From Firmicutes bacterium HGW-Firmicutes-11 (GTDB taxonomy: Bacteria; Bacillota; Clostridia; Peptostreptococcales; Anaerovoracaceae): a stretch of DNA of 32,000 nucleotides. The DNA is taken from the NCBI GenBank assembly GCA_002840285.1, contig PHAE01000015.1, forward strand, positions 25,808-57,807. Direction: 5' to 3'. This document shows, one piece after another, positions 30,181 to 32,000 of this stretch. The translations under genes were made by a program, and so were the position numbers. Every line of letters begins with the position of its first letter. Position 1 is the stretch's first letter. The notes under the pieces are model-generated. The model searched no databases and was not told the origin of the DNA. It saw only the letters and a program-made list of their open reading frames with translations.

Positions 30181-31299
30181 ATGTATTTCACCGAACTCAC
30201 ACTGGAGAATTTCAGAAACTATACTAAAGAGACGGTAAAGTTTCACCCAAAGGTAAACATAATAACCGGTCAAAATGCACAGGGCAAAACAAATCTCATA
30301 GAAGCGATCTCTTTGATGAGCATCGGCAAATCATTTCGCACTGGAAAAGATTCGGAGATGATCCGTTTTAAAGAAGACCAATGCAGGGTGAAGGCGACGT
30401 TTATCAAAAACGAAAGGGAAAACCGGATCGAATTCGTGATTGCAAAGAATGGCAAAGCAATCAAAATTGATGGATGTAAGGCACAGAAGAACAGCGATCT
30501 GCTGGAAGGCGCTTATATCGTCGTTTTTTCGCCGGAAGATCTGAAAATAGTCAAAGACGAACCAGAAAAAAGAAGACGATTTATCGACAGAGAGTTGTGC
30601 CAACTCCGGCCGGTGTATTACAAAGCGCTTGGAAAGTATAAAAAAATCCTGCAACAGAGAAATGCGCTTCTTCGGCAGGATACCATCGATGAAGAAAATC
30701 TGACGGTCTGGGACCGGGCGTTGGCGGAATATGGCAGTGTTATAATACGTGATCGAAGCGGTTTTATAAAAACTCTGGATGTGATCAGCCGGGAGTTGCA
30801 CGAAAAGATAACCAATGGAAAAGAAACATTGGAGCTGCAGTATGAACCAAGCTTCTCTATGGAAGAAGGAACGGATGTCGTTGCATTGAAAGAAGCTTTT
30901 TTTCAAGCGCTTCTTCGCGATCGAAAACAGGACAAGCAAAAACGAACAACGACCACAGGTCCTCACAAAGACGATATCAAAATCCTTGTGAACGGCATCG
31001 ATATCCGCCATTACGGATCGCAGGGACAGCAGAGAACTGCGGCACTGGCCATGAAGCTCGCAGAGATCCAACTGATCAAAGAGGAAAAAGTAGAGGAACC
31101 GATTCTCCTGCTGGATGATGTTCTATCCGAGCTCGATGAAGAGAGACGTTGGTTTTTGCTGGAAAGCTTGTCAGACGTGCAGCTTTTCCTGACGACGACA
31201 GAACTGGATGAACCATTTTTGAACCGCCTGGCAGAATCGAAGGGGTATTTGGTCAACAGCGGAACGATAGAAAAAATATTTGACATCAAAATGGAATAA
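30181..31299 (+). CDS. recF: DNA replication and repair protein RecF
   Basis: LENFRNY, Walker [15 protein letters not shown], signature SQGQQRT and Walker [12 protein letters not shown]. The ATG at 30181 lies 2 nt after the dnaN stop. Confidence 0.93.
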   Translation: MYFTELTLENFRNYTKETVKFHPKVNIITGQNAQGKTNLIEAISLMSIGKSFRTGKDSEMIRFKEDQCRVKATFIKNERENRIEFVIAKNGKAIKIDGCKAQKNSDLLEGAYIVVFSPEDLKIVKDEPEKRRRFIDRELCQLRPVYYKALGKYKKILQQRNALLRQDTIDEENLTVWDRALAEYGSVIIRDRSGFIKTLDVISRELHEKITNGKETLELQYEPSFSMEEGTDVVALKEAFFQALLRDRKQDKQKRTTTTGPHKDDIKILVNGIDIRHYGSQGQQRTAALAMKLAEIQLIKEEKVEEPILLLDDVLSELDEERRWFLLESLSDVQLFLTTTELDEPFLNRLAESKGYLVNSGTIEKIFDIKME

Positions 31300-31308
31300 A
31301 TGTATAAT
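31280..31308 (+). promoter_or_regulatory. consensus sigma-A promoter for rpmH, embedded in the recF 3' end
   Basis: TTGACA (31280-31285), a 17-nt spacer, then TATAAT (31303-31308). This matches the consensus in all 12 positions with optimal spacing. Confidence 0.75.
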
Positions 31309-31348
31309 CAGTGGGCGATTGTTCAATCGAAAAGGAGGTGGATGCGAT

Positions 31349-31483
31349 ATGAAAATGACATACCAGCCGAAAAAAAGGCAGCGAAGCAAAGAACATGGTT
31401 TTCGTAAGAGAATGAGCACTAAGAACGGTAGAAATGTCTTGAAGAGAAGACGTCTGAGAGGAAGAAAATCACTGACAGCATAG
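31349..31483 (+). CDS. rpmH: 50S ribosomal protein L34
   Basis: [44 protein letters not shown] is 44 aa. An AAAGGAGG RBS precedes the ATG at 31349. Confidence 0.95.
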   Translation: MKMTYQPKKRQRSKEHGFRKRMSTKNGRNVLKRRRLRGRKSLTA

Positions 31484-31509
31484 AGACCGCAACTGTGGTC
31501 TTTTTGTTT
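31484..31509 (+). terminator. intrinsic terminator/attenuator hairpin between rpmH and rnpA
   Basis: AGACCGC-AACT-GTGGTCT forms a 7-bp stem (one G-U pair), followed by TTTTGTTT. It starts directly after the rpmH stop codon. Confidence 0.55.
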
Positions 31510-31529
31510 CGTCCCGTGAGGAGAACCTG

Positions 31530-31874
31530 ATGCTGAAGCCCTATGTTCTAAGAAACCAGAAAGATTTTTCCGCGTTGTACAACAAAGGTAGTTCTGTTGG
31601 AGAGAGATATTTGGTCCTTCTTTACCGGAAAAACGGCCTTTCGTACAATCGAAGGGCTTTTTTGGCGAGTAAGAAGGTAGGAAAGAGCGTAGAACGAAAT
31701 CGTGCCAGGCGACTGCTGAAAGAGAGTCACCGGGGCTTGGAAGAGAGCCTGAAGATCGGCTATGACCTGCTTTTCATAGCGAGAAACACGATCAATGACA
31801 GAAACTATGCGGATGTGAAAAAATCAATGGAAGCCGCAATAAAAAAAGCAAATCTCAGAAAACAGAATTTGTAA
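31530..31874 (+). CDS. rnpA: ribonuclease P protein component
   Basis: A basic 114-aa protein (KSVERNRARRLLKE RNR motif) immediately after rpmH. Confidence 0.9.
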   Translation: MLKPYVLRNQKDFSALYNKGSSVGERYLVLLYRKNGLSYNRRAFLASKKVGKSVERNRARRLLKESHRGLEESLKIGYDLLFIARNTINDRNYADVKKSMEAAIKKANLRKQNL

Positions 31875-31886
31875 AGAGTGGCGATC

Positions 31887-32000
31887 ATGAAATGGATCCT
31901 TATCCTTTTCGTCAAAGGGTATCAAAAAATTATATCGCCATTTTTCCCGGCAAGCTGCCGGTTTTATCCGACCTGCTCGTCTTACTTCATCCAGGCAGTG
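31887..32000 (+). CDS. yidD: membrane protein insertion efficiency factor YidD (5' part, runs off the window)
   Basis: Absent from the ORF track. Hand translation from the ATG at 31887 gives [38 protein letters not shown], which carries the YidD signature C-R-F-x-P-T-C-S-x-Y. Confidence 0.85.
   Translation, partial: MKWILILFVKGYQKIISPFFPASCRFYPTCSSYFIQAV

Noticed and set aside
29026-31071. Minus-strand ORFs of 204, 139 and 246 aa opposite dnaN and recF.
   Set aside because: They are antisense shadow frames made possible by the AT-rich, stop-poor composition of this stretch. Their translations are S/I/F-rich and carry no motifs.

Overview
This window is the chromosomal replication-origin neighbourhood of a Bacillota (Clostridia-like) genome. 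All calls come from reading the sequence and the ORF track, using motifs I recognise; no searches were run. I call 33 tightly packed CDS. Two run off the window edges and are missing from the ORF track: hisC at the left edge and yidD at the right. I found no rRNA, tRNA, CRISPR, transposon, phage or defence genes. Genes left of about 27.2-27.6 kb are on the minus strand, with one exception. In order moving leftward from the origin they are gyrB, gyrA, rsbV-rsbW-sigB, trpS, a split transketolase, a ROK kinase, plsC, rpsF-ssb-rpsR, gdpP-rplI-dnaB, DUF1858, a DnaD-family gene, an M23 peptidase, walRK-like genes, divIC, rnmV, rsmA, an LtaS-family gene and hisC. Genes right of that point are on the plus strand: dnaA, dnaN, recF, rpmH, rnpA, yidD. 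A bipartite oriC is readable directly. One DnaA-box cluster lies upstream of dnaA. A second cluster lies between dnaA and dnaN and is followed by GCCC, four CTA (DnaA-trio) repeats and an AT-rich stretch. This is mostly an ordinary core region and I see no convincing undescribed multi-gene system. The points most worth a second look are: (1) the dnaA-dnaN-recF block is flipped relative to the canonical rnpA-rpmH / dnaA...gyrBA layout; (2) a DnaB/DnaD-family protein has a C-terminus that looks like the Zn-ribbon N-domain of clostridial DnaC/DnaI-type helicase loaders, but no AAA+ module is present in the window; (3) a small DUF1858 redox-disulfide protein is translationally coupled inside the helicase operon; (4) a near-consensus sigma-B-type promoter sits ahead of rsbV-rsbW-sigB, and leaderless trpS and sugar-metabolism genes follow with almost no gaps; (5) an M23/LysM/G5 peptidase with a roughly 195-aa cytoplasmic N-terminal region lies 12 nt upstream of walR. 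Many ORF-track starts (often TTG/GTG extensions) were trimmed to internal ATGs with Shine-Dalgarno sequences.
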